From Candidatus Multivoradales bacterium (GTDB lineage Bacteria > Acidobacteriota > Thermoanaerobaculia > Multivoradales > J023): a stretch of DNA of 64,000 nt. Under the pieces are notes generated by a model. That model ran no database searches. It was not told the origin of the DNA and was given only the letters and a program-made list of their open reading frames with translations. Shown here one piece after another: positions 53,370 to 63,419 of this stretch. The first letter of the stretch is position 1. Each line of letters begins with the position of its first letter. The stretch spans positions 1,664,001-1,728,000 of the forward strand of contig CBDFLE010000006.1 of the NCBI GenBank assembly GCA_965248925.1, written 5' to 3'. Both the position numbers and the translations under genes were made by a program.

Positions 53370-56282
53370 TCAACCGCCGCCGCCCACCGGCGCCGGTACG
53401 AAGCGCTGGAAGGTGCGGCCACCCTGTAGCACCGACTGCGGCGTCAGGTGCAGCGGGTGGTAGCTGTCGCTCAACCACAAGGGCAGCTGGTCGGCATAGT
53501 AGGGACTGCCGAGGACTCCGCTGACCCCACCCGGGGTAACCTGGCGGGCATCTGGACCGGCGGGGGTCATCTCTCCTACAAAACGCCGCGCCGGGCCGGC
53601 GCCAAACATGAACTCGTTGACCCCATCGGCACGGGAACTGTGCGATGAAGCGTCAAGAGCACCGAACCCACCAGCCTTGGCGTAGCCCTGGAGAGCGTCC
53701 GACAGGTTGTCCGGCCCACCGGCCGCCGGTAAGTCGAAGGGACCGCCGAGGGGATGGTCGAAGACGATCCGGTGGAGGTAGCCCCAGCGGTAGTCGTCTT
53801 GCACGGTGGAGTTGGCGTAGGCGTCGGCGAAGGTGTCGCTGGCCAGCAGGTCGAGGGCGTCGCGCAAGGCGCCGAGTAGCGCCAGGTCGCGATTGACCTC
53901 TGGCGGTTGCGGCGGCCCTGGCCCTAGTCGCGGCACGAAGAAGTCGACGCCCGAGGCGCCGACTCCCTGGTTTTCGTCGAAAGTATCGAGCAGGTTGCGC
54001 AGGGCGGTCATCGCCAGCGCACTACCGGGGGCAAACTCATCGAGACCCAGGTTCTCCAGTGGCGGGTCGATCACCTGCTGCACGACTTGGCCGCGCCACA
54101 CCGAGTAGATGGTGGCAGCGACGCTGGCGTCGATCTCGGCCTGGCTCGGCGGCGCCAGGGCGGTCGGATCGTCGCCCGGATCCCAGCCTTCGGTGATCCC
54201 GGTCGGAGTGCTGTAGTCCCAACCACGGAGACGAGCGATCGCCTCAACGATCTTCGGGTCGGCGCCCAGAGCGGCCAATCCTCCCGGTGCGCCCATCACC
54301 CCCGCGTTGGCGGCAGAGGCTAGCAAGAAGGGCACCAGAGCCTCCGCATCGAGCAACTGGTTGTTGCCCTGGAACGCGGCGATTTCATCGACCGACAGAT
54401 CCACCCCCTGGCCGATGCTGCCGTCGATCAGGCGCTGCAAGCGACCCATGCGGAAACCGCTGGCGTAGCCCGGACTGAGGTAATACAAGCCACCACCGGG
54501 ACGTACCTGGTTGAGAGCGTTGTTGTCAAGCGAGGTGCCCAGCGGATCGTTGTTGGCATTCAAGATGTAGTCAGACGAGGGATTGCGCACTTGCGGCATC
54601 TCGGCGTAGGGCAGAATCTCGAAAGGGAGGCTTTGCTGCGGTTGCGGATTAACCACCGGCAACCACTCGTGGGCCAGAGAGTGGGTGCCGTCGCGGATGA
54701 AGTAAGGCGGGATCCCTCCGTCCGGAAAATTCAGGTTCTGCAAATCTTCGCGGATCGGCATCTCGGCGCTGGTGAAGTAGGCGATGTTGCCGTCGATGTC
54801 GGCATAGCCGAAATTCTGCGAACCGACATCGAAATACTGCACCGCGGCGGCGAATTCATCGATGTTGCGGGCCATGCCGAAACCACGGAAAGCATCCAAC
54901 TCGGTGGTCGGCCCCCAGCCGGTGTACTGCACGCTGAGGGCGGTCGGCGCCAGCGGATCGCTGAAATCGACCTGCACGATCGGTCCGTTGTTGCGCCGCG
55001 GCACGACCAAGGTAAGCCCACCGTCCAACGGGCCAAGGCCGGCGTCGACCAGATTGTCGTTGACCGCGTCGCCAACCAGGTTGACGAAGAAGGTCTGCGG
55101 GATCAGCACCAGCGGCTCGGTGTTGCCGTCGAAGATGGTGCCGATCGGCAAGCCGGTGTTGGGATCGACCACCAGCTGCTCTTGATAGACGTCGGTGACA
55201 TCCATCGGGTGCACCGTGGCGCCCCAACAGATCCACGGGTTGCAGCCCAGGACGATCCCTGGAACGCCGGCAAAACCGATGCCGCTGACGTTGATCGGCA
55301 AGCCGTCCTCGGTACGCATCCGCACATGTGATTCGTAGAATGTCGACGGCGTGTCCAGGGCTAAATGAGGATCGTTGGCCAGCACCGGGTAGCCGGATTC
55401 GGTGCGACTGCCACCGAGAATCCACCAATTGCTTCCCTTGGGTGAATCACGCCAATCCAAAGCCTCCTTGAGCAGCGGTATGCTCTCCGCCTTGGCCTTG
55501 AAGCCACGGATCAACCTCAGGGTGCTCTCGCCCAGGTAGTTGGCTACCTTCAGCGGCGGGCTCGGCATCATCGCTGGGGCCGCGGGGCCCGGAGCATCGG
55601 GAATGGAGATCGCGGGATCGAACGGCGCGGTGCGGTAGAGATCTTCTGAGAACAGCGCCGCGCCGTCGAAACCGGCCGCCGCCCCCACCCCTTGGAAGGT
55701 CAGCAGAGCTTGGGTGAAATCGATGTCGTCAAGATCGAACGACAGGCCGAAGGCCAGTCCTTTGACTACCGCCAAGGAGTCAATCGGGCTCCAGGCCGGC
55801 ACCTCGGTGATCTCCAAAGCGGCATACTCCGGCGGCAAAGCAGGAGTCGAGGCGAGCCAGGCATTGACCCCGGCGGCGTAGGCATCCAACCAGGCCCGGC
55901 TGGCATCCGTCAACGCCGGCAAGGAGGCCTCGGCGGCACGGCGCAATCCCAAATTACGCAGTTGGACATCCTGAGCCAACACCGCGTCGCCGAGAAGCTC
56001 AGCCAGGGTGCCACTGAAGGTGCGCCGCAGAGTGTCCATCTGGAAAAAGCGATCCTGCGCGTGGACGAAGCCCACCATGAACTGGCCGTCGGCCTCGGAC
56101 AAGGCAAAAATATGCGGAATGTCGTTGCCATCACGACGCACCCGAGCGGGCCTTTCCAGCCCTGCCACGACGGCCTCGGGCAGCCGTAGCTCGACGTGAG
56201 TTTCCGCATTCGCCAGCGGCGGTGTGATCACCATTGCCGCTGCCATCAGGACGACCATCAGCAACACTCTGCATCGCATCAT
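53370..56282 (-). CDS. Penicillin acylase family Ntn hydrolase (secreted)
   Basis: Signal peptide, IPHIFA, GFVHAQDRFFQMD, autocleavage G-SNWW, LANDPHL, PYYADQLPLW. Confidence 0.92.
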   Translation of the reverse strand: MMRCRVLLMVVLMAAAMVITPPLANAETHVELRLPEAVVAGLERPARVRRDGNDIPHIFALSEADGQFMVGFVHAQDRFFQMDTLRRTFSGTLAELLGDAVLAQDVQLRNLGLRRAAEASLPALTDASRAWLDAYAAGVNAWLASTPALPPEYAALEITEVPAWSPIDSLAVVKGLAFGLSFDLDDIDFTQALLTFQGVGAAAGFDGAALFSEDLYRTAPFDPAISIPDAPGPAAPAMMPSPPLKVANYLGESTLRLIRGFKAKAESIPLLKEALDWRDSPKGSNWWILGGSRTESGYPVLANDPHLALDTPSTFYESHVRMRTEDGLPINVSGIGFAGVPGIVLGCNPWICWGATVHPMDVTDVYQEQLVVDPNTGLPIGTIFDGNTEPLVLIPQTFFVNLVGDAVNDNLVDAGLGPLDGGLTLVVPRRNNGPIVQVDFSDPLAPTALSVQYTGWGPTTELDAFRGFGMARNIDEFAAAVQYFDVGSQNFGYADIDGNIAYFTSAEMPIREDLQNLNFPDGGIPPYFIRDGTHSLAHEWLPVVNPQPQQSLPFEILPYAEMPQVRNPSSDYILNANNDPLGTSLDNNALNQVRPGGGLYYLSPGYASGFRMGRLQRLIDGSIGQGVDLSVDEIAAFQGNNQLLDAEALVPFLLASAANAGVMGAPGGLAALGADPKIVEAIARLRGWDYSTPTGITEGWDPGDDPTALAPPSQAEIDASVAATIYSVWRGQVVQQVIDPPLENLGLDEFAPGSALAMTALRNLLDTFDENQGVGASGVDFFVPRLGPGPPQPPEVNRDLALLGALRDALDLLASDTFADAYANSTVQDDYRWGYLHRIVFDHPLGGPFDLPAAGGPDNLSDALQGYAKAGGFGALDASSHSSRADGVNEFMFGAGPARRFVGEMTPAGPDARQVTPGGVSGVLGSPYYADQLPLWLSDSYHPLHLTPQSVLQGGRTFQRFVPAPVGGGG

Positions 56283-56449
56283 TAGGCTCCTTGCTCAATA
56301 GGCTGGTTGTCGACGGGCGAACTCTCCCCATGCTTACCCGCAAAAGTCCGCGCTCGCCTGACTGTTGTTGCAAACTGCCAAATCATAGCATCCGCCAACC
56401 GCGCTCTTGCGGCGCTATACTGCCGGCCCATCGCCCCGAGGTCGCCAAC

Positions 56450-57253
56450 ATGCCCAGCGTGGAAGAGAATCGCCAGTACTGGAATCAGGATTACGATTGG
56501 TCGCAAGGCGGCGAAGAGTGGTCGTGGCGCTGGGGCGAAAGCACGGTGCAGTGGCATGGAGTGCTGATGCCTCGCTTGGCCGCTTTTCTGCCCGCCGCCA
56601 GAGTGCTCGAGATCGGCCCCGGCTTTGGCCGCTGGACGGCCTTTCTCAAACAGCAATGCCAGCACCTCGCCCTGGTCGATCTGTCGCAGAAGTGCATCGA
56701 TGCTTGCGCTCTGCGCTTCGCTAGCGACCCTCATCTGCAATACCACGTCAACGACGGCCGCAGCCTGAGCATGCTGGCGGACGGTTCGATCGACCTGGCC
56801 TTCAGTTTTGATTCTCTGGTCCACGCCGAGGCCGACGCCATCGGCGGCTATCTGGTGGATCTCGGCCGGGTGCTAGCTGCGGACGGAGTGGGCTTATTTC
56901 ACCATTCCAACCTCGGCCAGTACCGGCGCTATTTCGCCCTGCTCGACCGGCTACCGGTCGACAAAATGAAGCTCTACCAAACTGGCCTGGTGGATCTGGA
57001 TCATTGGCGCGCCCGCAGCCTGACCGCCGATCGCTTTGCCGAGTTGTGCCGCGCGGCTGGCCTGGTCTGCATCCGCCAAGAGCTGATCAATTGGGGCAAG
57101 AATCGCCGGCTGATCGACTGCATATCGCTGTTCACTCTTCCCGGTTCACGGTTTGATCAGCCACTACGGCGGATCCGCAACCGAGCCTTCATGCGGACGG
57201 CGGACCGGCTGGCGCTGAGCGCCGAGCACTATCGCCCGGCGACCAGCGGCTGA
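56450..57253 (+). CDS. Class I SAM-dependent methyltransferase
   Basis: VLEIGPGFGRW, LVDLS, FSFDSLVH. Confidence 0.85.
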   Translation: MPSVEENRQYWNQDYDWSQGGEEWSWRWGESTVQWHGVLMPRLAAFLPAARVLEIGPGFGRWTAFLKQQCQHLALVDLSQKCIDACALRFASDPHLQYHVNDGRSLSMLADGSIDLAFSFDSLVHAEADAIGGYLVDLGRVLAADGVGLFHHSNLGQYRRYFALLDRLPVDKMKLYQTGLVDLDHWRARSLTADRFAELCRAAGLVCIRQELINWGKNRRLIDCISLFTLPGSRFDQPLRRIRNRAFMRTADRLALSAEHYRPATSG

Positions 57254-57266
57254 GCCGACAGCAGGC

Positions 57267-60200
57267 TCAACGAGTCATGTCAGGGGGGGTCGGCGGCGGC
57301 GGATCGCCGTAAGAACCCTGTTCGAGCTGTTCTAACAACACCTCGACCGCTTTCTCCAAGCTGGGATCACCGCCCTCGATCAGCCGCTCGGGCAAATCGA
57401 TCACCTCGATATCCGGGCTCACCCCCTCGTTCTCGACCACCCATTTGCCTTCGCGATCATAAAAGCGAAAAGTCGGCGGGAGCACCGTCCCGCCATCGGC
57501 CAGCGAGGGCGCTCCCGAAATACCGATCAAGCCACCCCAGGTGCGGGTGCCGATCAAGGTCCCCAGGCCCGCCTGGCGGAAGTAGTAGGGCAAGGCATCG
57601 CCACCGGAGGAGGAATAACCATTGATCAACATCGCTTTCGGCCCATCGTGAGCAAAGTTGGGAGTGCGCATAGCTTTGACGTCGCGCCGTGCCCACAGGG
57701 ACATGGTGCGCCGCGTGAGGTACTCGATCATCCGATCGGGAATGAAACCGCCACCGTTGTAGCGATCGTCGATGATCAGGGCTTCTTTCCGCGCCTGGGC
57801 GTAGAACAGCTTCTGCAGCATGCGATTGCCGTCGAAGGCGGTATTGGGTAGGTGGATGTAACCGATGCGGCCACCAGAGAGGCGGTCGGTCATCGCCATC
57901 CGCTCCTGGACCCAATTCAGATAGCGCAAGTCACCTTCAAAACTGATCGGTTCGACGTCGACCTGCCGTGCATCGGCGGTCGTCGGGGCGGCCGACAGCG
58001 ACAGACGGATCAGCTGATCGGCCTTGCCCTCCAACAAGCGGTAGGGATTGTCGGCGGTGGTCAGGGGCTGGCCATCGATGGCCAACAAGTAGTCGCCGAC
58101 CTTGGCATCCACCCCCGGCTCGGTGAGCGGTGAACGGTAGCGGCTGTCCCAGTTTTCACCGGCGTAGATGTGGGAGATGCGGTAAAAGCCGCTGTCGTCG
58201 GCTTCCAACTCGCAGCCCAGCATGGCCCCTGGGACGCGATCCACCGAGGGTTCGTCGCCGCTCTGGACGTAGGAGTGACCAGATTCGAGTTCACCGATCA
58301 ACTCGCCAAAAATGAAGTCGAGTTCACCGCGATGCGACACATGGGGCAGCAGCTCGGCGTAGTGCTCGCCCATCGCCGGCCAATCGAGGCCATGCATTTT
58401 GGCGTCGTAGAACAGGTCCCGCACCACCCGCCAGCCATCGCGGTAGAGCTGCCGCCACTCGCGAACCGGATCAAGCTTGACCGTTAGCGGCGATAGATCG
58501 AGCTGCCCATCACCTGATTTGGCGCCTGCTTTGGCGGCCACCAGGAAGATCTTGCCGCCACTTTGGTAGGCCAGCTTTTTGCCATCAGCCGACACGTCGT
58601 AAGAGCTGATCCCTTGCACAACGCTCGCCGCCTTCTTTTCTTTCAAGTCATAGCGCATCAAGTTGGGCGGTCCCGAACCAGCGAGAGCGACGAAGTAAAG
58701 GGCGCCCTCGCGGGCCAACAAACCGCCGTAGCCACCGGCTTCAATTCCAGGCAGGGCGATGGTGCGGGCAACGAAACCCTCGGGCTCGATACGCAAAGCC
58801 TCCGCGGCCATTTCCACTGAGTCTTTGTCTTTCTTGCCCTTGCCTTTCTTCTCTTTGTCAGCCGGTTCCCCCCCTTCCTCTTCTTGCTCTTCCGCCGGTT
58901 CCTCTTCGTCGCTCTCACGGGGAAAGAGGGGCGGCGCCTGGGGATCGAGAGCGGCGGCGTAGACTCGCGTGGCGCGGTCGTAGATGAAGTTGAATTCGAA
59001 GGCGCTGAAGCTCAGGTTGTAGTCTCGACTACTGAGAAAGAACAGGTGTTTGCCATCGGCGCTCCACACCGGCTCACGGTCGGTGGTCATGCCGTCGCCT
59101 AACTGCATGCTCTCGCCACTGTCGAGCGAGTAGACGGCCAAGCCGCCGAGCAAGGACTTGGGGTGCTCTTGCTCGTAGGCCAACCAGTGGCTGTCCGGCG
59201 ACCATTCGTAGCTGCCGATGTTGCCCACCCGGCCGCGGGCGACGTTTGCGACCTGCCCTTCTTCGACCGCGACCGTGCGCAGCCAGCGCTCACTGTCACT
59301 AAAGGCGAGGTGTTTTGAGTCCGGGCTCCACAGTAGGCCATCGGGCCACCCCTCCAGGCCGTCGGTCAGTTGCCGTGGCTCGCCACTGCCGTCCTGCGCC
59401 AGCAGGTAGATCTCGTACTCGCCGCTGGCGTCTGAGAAGTAGGCCAGCAGGAGGCCGTCGGGCGACCAGGCAATGTTGCGCTCACGATGATCGGGGCTGT
59501 GGGTCAAACGGCGAGTGGGGCCGTTCTCGGCCGGTACCGAGAACAGCTCGCCGCGAGCACTCACCGCCACCCGAGCACCGGATGGCGAAACGCTGAAGTC
59601 CTCGAGGTTCGCGCTCAAGTCGACAAAGCGCGGCGCGGTATGCGGCAAAGCGGCCTGCAAGTGAATTTCGAGCTGCCGGCTGTCACCGCTGGCGAAATCC
59701 AAACGGTGCAAGTAGCCACCGTTCATGAAGACGATGCTCTCCGGTCCCTGGCTCGGCCAAAGCACGTCCCAAGCCTCGAAATGGGTCTCTTGCTCAAGCG
59801 CCCGGCTGCCGAGATCGAAGGAGTAGAGATTGAGCTTATCGGCCCGATCCGAGGTGAAATAGATCTTCCCGCCGGCCCACATCGGGAAGTTGTCGGTACC
59901 CCGGTCTGAGGTCAAGCGGGTCGAGGAATTAGCCTCGAAGTCGTAGATCCAAACATCTTGAGCACGCCCTCCGCGGGTGCGTTTCCAAGTGCGGAACTCG
60001 CGACTGATCGGGGTGTAGGCGAGGCGCTTGCCGTCGGCCGAGAAGGATGCCGAGCCACCTTCCAAAAGCGGCAGCGGGGTCTCCAGGCCGCCCGCGGGAT
60101 CGACCAGGAAGTAGCGCCCCACCCGACGACCGAAGGGTGTGCGGTTCATGCGCACCAAGATCTTGCCTTCGGGGGTCCAGCCTTGAATCCAATTGTCCCA

Positions 60201-60581
60201 ACCACCCCGTGGCGGCATCTGCCCAACATCGGTGTAGAAGGTCAGCTGGTGGGCCGCACCGCCAGCCGCCGGCATCACCCACACCTGCCGCGATCCACTG
60301 TGCTCGGCGGTGAAGGCAATCCACTGACCATCGTCAGAGATCTTTGGGAACAGCTCTTGGCCGACGTAGGAGGTCAACTGACGAGCCACCCCGCCAGCCA
60401 CCGGGGCGCGCCACAAATCACCGCTGTAGACGAACACCACGAAATCCCGGTGGATGTCCGGAAAACGCAGTAGACGAGCCTCGGTAGAGACCTCCTCCGT
60501 AGCTGCGGCTGGGGCAAGCGCCGCCGGCCAGGCGAGCAGGACGATGACGAGCAGGGCCCGGAGCTGGTTTCTTCTCAACAT
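57267..60581 (-). CDS. Tricorn protease (peptidase S41)
   Basis: LLRFPDI, PD40/beta-propeller repeats, PDZ, GYIHLP, IDDRYNGGG, SSSGGD, GTRTWGG. Confidence 0.93.
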   Translation of the reverse strand: MLRRNQLRALLVIVLLAWPAALAPAAATEEVSTEARLLRFPDIHRDFVVFVYSGDLWRAPVAGGVARQLTSYVGQELFPKISDDGQWIAFTAEHSGSRQVWVMPAAGGAAHQLTFYTDVGQMPPRGGWDNWIQGWTPEGKILVRMNRTPFGRRVGRYFLVDPAGGLETPLPLLEGGSASFSADGKRLAYTPISREFRTWKRTRGGRAQDVWIYDFEANSSTRLTSDRGTDNFPMWAGGKIYFTSDRADKLNLYSFDLGSRALEQETHFEAWDVLWPSQGPESIVFMNGGYLHRLDFASGDSRQLEIHLQAALPHTAPRFVDLSANLEDFSVSPSGARVAVSARGELFSVPAENGPTRRLTHSPDHRERNIAWSPDGLLLAYFSDASGEYEIYLLAQDGSGEPRQLTDGLEGWPDGLLWSPDSKHLAFSDSERWLRTVAVEEGQVANVARGRVGNIGSYEWSPDSHWLAYEQEHPKSLLGGLAVYSLDSGESMQLGDGMTTDREPVWSADGKHLFFLSSRDYNLSFSAFEFNFIYDRATRVYAAALDPQAPPLFPRESDEEEPAEEQEEEGGEPADKEKKGKGKKDKDSVEMAAEALRIEPEGFVARTIALPGIEAGGYGGLLAREGALYFVALAGSGPPNLMRYDLKEKKAASVVQGISSYDVSADGKKLAYQSGGKIFLVAAKAGAKSGDGQLDLSPLTVKLDPVREWRQLYRDGWRVVRDLFYDAKMHGLDWPAMGEHYAELLPHVSHRGELDFIFGELIGELESGHSYVQSGDEPSVDRVPGAMLGCELEADDSGFYRISHIYAGENWDSRYRSPLTEPGVDAKVGDYLLAIDGQPLTTADNPYRLLEGKADQLIRLSLSAAPTTADARQVDVEPISFEGDLRYLNWVQERMAMTDRLSGGRIGYIHLPNTAFDGNRMLQKLFYAQARKEALIIDDRYNGGGFIPDRMIEYLTRRTMSLWARRDVKAMRTPNFAHDGPKAMLINGYSSSGGDALPYYFRQAGLGTLIGTRTWGGLIGISGAPSLADGGTVLPPTFRFYDREGKWVVENEGVSPDIEVIDLPERLIEGGDPSLEKAVEVLLEQLEQGSYGDPPPPTPPDMTR

Positions 60582-60854
60582 GAAATCCCCTTGACGCTTC
60601 GCACAGGCCGCCCAAAAGGGCCTCTAGATGTTCGATGATTTGTCACAGTGCGGACACCTCAGAAACGCACAGCGCCGGCCAAGGTTGCACTGAGGTGGTC
60701 GCTAACAGTCGAAAAATCTCACACCGGCGAGGCGAAAACAACCGGCAGCGGCATCAAAGGCGCGACCAGCAGCGATCTAGGTCTGAATCGATGGCTGCAA
60801 CCCCTGCGCTTACATACACTTGCGGCCCCGCCGAGAGACGAGGCCGCAGATACA

Positions 60855-60884
60855 GTGAAACTAGGTGAAACTAGGTGAAACTAG
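60855..60884. repeat. 10-bp tandem repeat GTGAAACTAG x3
   Basis: Read directly; just downstream of the PKD gene stop. Confidence 0.85.
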
Positions 60885-60892
60885 ACCGATGA

Positions 60893-61987
60893 TCAAGGAG
60901 CGAAATCGACCCCATACTGATCCGAGACCGATCGCTCGGCCATGAAATGGTCGAACACCACCTGCCCGCTACCGGTCTGAATGAAGAAACTCTGGAACAT
61001 CCCCAACTGCCAGTAGTCGAACATCTCGCTGGAGTTGTCGAGGTTGTAGATCGAAGTCAGGGTCGAGGTCGATTCGCTGGTGATCATACTACCGTTGCTG
61101 AGTTTGGCATGGAACTGCCCCAAGCCCGAGGTGGTGAGCGAGCCCGATACCCAACTGATCTCGAGAAACTGCGGACTGGTCGCATCGAATGGCACCAGTG
61201 AAGAAACCACCGCACCACCCGTCTGGCTGACTACGTATTGAAGAAGAAACTCGCCACCGACCTTGTTGACCACGACATCGACCAGCGAGGGGCCGGTCGC
61301 GTAACCCTCGCTGAGCCGGAAGATGTGGAAATCAGAGCCGCCGCCAGCGACCACACCACCAAGGTCGATGTAGAAGGAGAAGGTACCGTAGCTCTCGGCG
61401 ATGATGTCGTCGCGACAATTGAGCGGCGGGATCGGGCAGCCAGAACCACTACCACCACCCGCGACCACGATACCGTCATCGCCCTGCATCTCCGCATGGC
61501 CACCCATGGTGTGGATATCGACCGCCATCGAGCCGCTACCAACTAGCGCCGGGGAGTTGGTCCAGTGCACCGGCCCACTCGGCACCCAGAACAGGTCATA
61601 GAACAGGGGATCTTCGAAGTCGGCAAACATGAAAATGGTATGCGCTTCGACCGCATCCGCCTGAGTCTTTGCATGTACTTCATGGCTAGAAGTGACCGTC
61701 AATGACACGTCGAAAGTTCCAGGCGTTTCATAGACGTGGATCGGATGTTCCTCGCTGCTGGTCTGCCCATCACCAAAGTTCCACAGATAGACCAGCCCCG
61801 AGCCACTGACCGTCGACTCGTTGGTGAACTCCACGCTCAAGGGCGCCAGGCCCATGTTGTTCTCTACTGAGAAGTTGACCAGGCGACTCTGCTGCTCACC
61901 CTTGACTGCCGCGGCCGATGGCACCGACAGCAAGACCCAAAAACTTAACCCTAAAGCGCCCATGCGCAAAGCTTGCTTAGCTCTCAT
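60893..61987 (-). CDS. Secreted PKD-domain protein (paralogue 2)
   Basis: Signal peptide; GLAPLSVEF, YLWNFGDG, PIHVYETPGTFDVSLTV; RBS AGGAG before ATG 61987. Confidence 0.8.
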   Translation of the reverse strand: MRAKQALRMGALGLSFWVLLSVPSAAAVKGEQQSRLVNFSVENNMGLAPLSVEFTNESTVSGSGLVYLWNFGDGQTSSEEHPIHVYETPGTFDVSLTVTSSHEVHAKTQADAVEAHTIFMFADFEDPLFYDLFWVPSGPVHWTNSPALVGSGSMAVDIHTMGGHAEMQGDDGIVVAGGGSGSGCPIPPLNCRDDIIAESYGTFSFYIDLGGVVAGGGSDFHIFRLSEGYATGPSLVDVVVNKVGGEFLLQYVVSQTGGAVVSSLVPFDATSPQFLEISWVSGSLTTSGLGQFHAKLSNGSMITSESTSTLTSIYNLDNSSEMFDYWQLGMFQSFFIQTGSGQVVFDHFMAERSVSDQYGVDFAP

Positions 61988-62050
61988 AGTAAATCTCCTG
62001 CTCTCTACTATCGACACAGTGATTCGAACCGACAACCAATGTCTGGTTCA

Positions 62051-63175
62051 TCACGGATTGATCAAGTCGTTCTGGAACTGTGCGGGCACTGTACGGCGGA
62101 CGGTGAATTGGTCGAGAAACAGTCGACCGCCACCGTGCAATGGAAAGAAGCTATCGAACATACCTAGGCGCCAGATATCGAAGCCTTGGTCGTGGTTGTC
62201 GATGTTGAAGACTGAGACCATTTGCCCAGCGTTGTTGCTCAGTATGCCAGTCCCCACAACCTGCAATTCAGCATGGAATTGGCCACTGGCGCTCTGCATC
62301 GCACGGCCGGCCATCCAAGACAGTTCGAGTTCATAGGTCGTGTTGGCAGAGATCGTCCCGGTGGTCGCCGCTAGCGCCTGCCCGTTCTGGTCGACAACGT
62401 ATTCGAGGTAGAAATTGCCGGAGGCCTTATGCACCAGAACTTCGACCAACGAAGCCCCGCTTTCGTCGCCCTCGAAAAGCTGGAAGATCCGAAACCAGGC
62501 TCCATCTTCAGCTTCGACCTCGGCCAGAGAGAATCTAAACGAGAAGATGCCATAGGGCTCATCCTGATTGAAGACAAAGCAAGGAATGGTGGGAATTGGG
62601 CAGCCGCTGCCACTGCCACCCCCGGCAACTACCATGCCGTCATCGCCTTGCATACGCTCTGGAAACCAGAGTCCGTTAGCGAACTCGATAGCGACCGCGA
62701 GGCCACCCACACCTAACAACGCCGGGCTGTCGGTCCAGTGCAATGGACCTCTGACATCGTCCCAAAGGTCGGCGTAGGTATTTTCGTCCTCGAAATCGGC
62801 CAGCATGATGAGGTTCTGGGTCTGGACAAAGCCGCGGCGGGTACCCGAGAACGAACCGCCGGCGGCGCTGGTAATAGTCAGGGTGACATCGAACATGCCC
62901 ACCGAGGTGTAGGTATGAACTGGGTTCTCTTCGCTACTGACCGCACCGTCACCAAAGTCCCAGCGATAAGTCAGCCCAACAGCTTGCAGAATCGTGTTGT
63001 TCTGGAAAGCCACCGCCAACGGAATCGAACCCGAGGAGTTGGTGGCCGAGAACTGCACCCAGGTGTTACTGGAAAAGCCAACCGCCGAAACCGCGGCGAC
63101 CAGAAAAGTCCAAATTGAGAACCCCAGTAGTAGTGTGCGGAAGACTTGTTGTTTCTTCATCATCGTAATCTCCAT
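62051..63175 (-). CDS. Secreted PKD-domain protein (paralogue 1)
   Basis: Signal peptide; YRWDFGDG, NPVHTY, FDVTLTI; colinear with the downstream paralogue. Confidence 0.8.
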   Translation of the reverse strand: MEITMMKKQQVFRTLLLGFSIWTFLVAAVSAVGFSSNTWVQFSATNSSGSIPLAVAFQNNTILQAVGLTYRWDFGDGAVSSEENPVHTYTSVGMFDVTLTITSAAGGSFSGTRRGFVQTQNLIMLADFEDENTYADLWDDVRGPLHWTDSPALLGVGGLAVAIEFANGLWFPERMQGDDGMVVAGGGSGSGCPIPTIPCFVFNQDEPYGIFSFRFSLAEVEAEDGAWFRIFQLFEGDESGASLVEVLVHKASGNFYLEYVVDQNGQALAATTGTISANTTYELELSWMAGRAMQSASGQFHAELQVVGTGILSNNAGQMVSVFNIDNHDQGFDIWRLGMFDSFFPLHGGGRLFLDQFTVRRTVPAQFQNDLINP

Positions 63176-63240
63176 GTCTCCGTCTATCGAAAAGCCCTAT
63201 CGGCATATCTCCCTTGCAAAAACATGCTGCTCTAACATAC

Positions 63241-63257
63241 TGCAAGGCGCGCGCCAA
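63241..63257 (-). promoter_or_regulatory. Sigma-54 (-24/-12) promoter for the PKD genes
   Basis: TTGGCGC-GCGCC-TTGCA with exact GG-N10-GC spacing, 66 bp upstream of the start. Confidence 0.75.
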
Positions 63258-63353
63258 CCTATCCCTATCTAGCTACGGAAGAGCAACTGCCATTATTCTC
63301 AGCGTTTGCGAGTCTATTTAGAAGGCTGCGGCCAGTACATTAGTGAAAAAAGG

Positions 63354-63392
63354 GCGCGATTTCGCGCCTTCGAAGCGCGATTTCGCGCCTTC
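63354..63392. promoter_or_regulatory. Tandem palindromic sites (putative enhancer/UAS)
   Basis: GCGCGATTTCGCGCCTTC twice at a 21-bp period, about 125-160 bp upstream of the predicted start site. Confidence 0.65.
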
Positions 63393-63419
63393 CCTCGATT
63401 TTCACCCAGATGACTTTAG

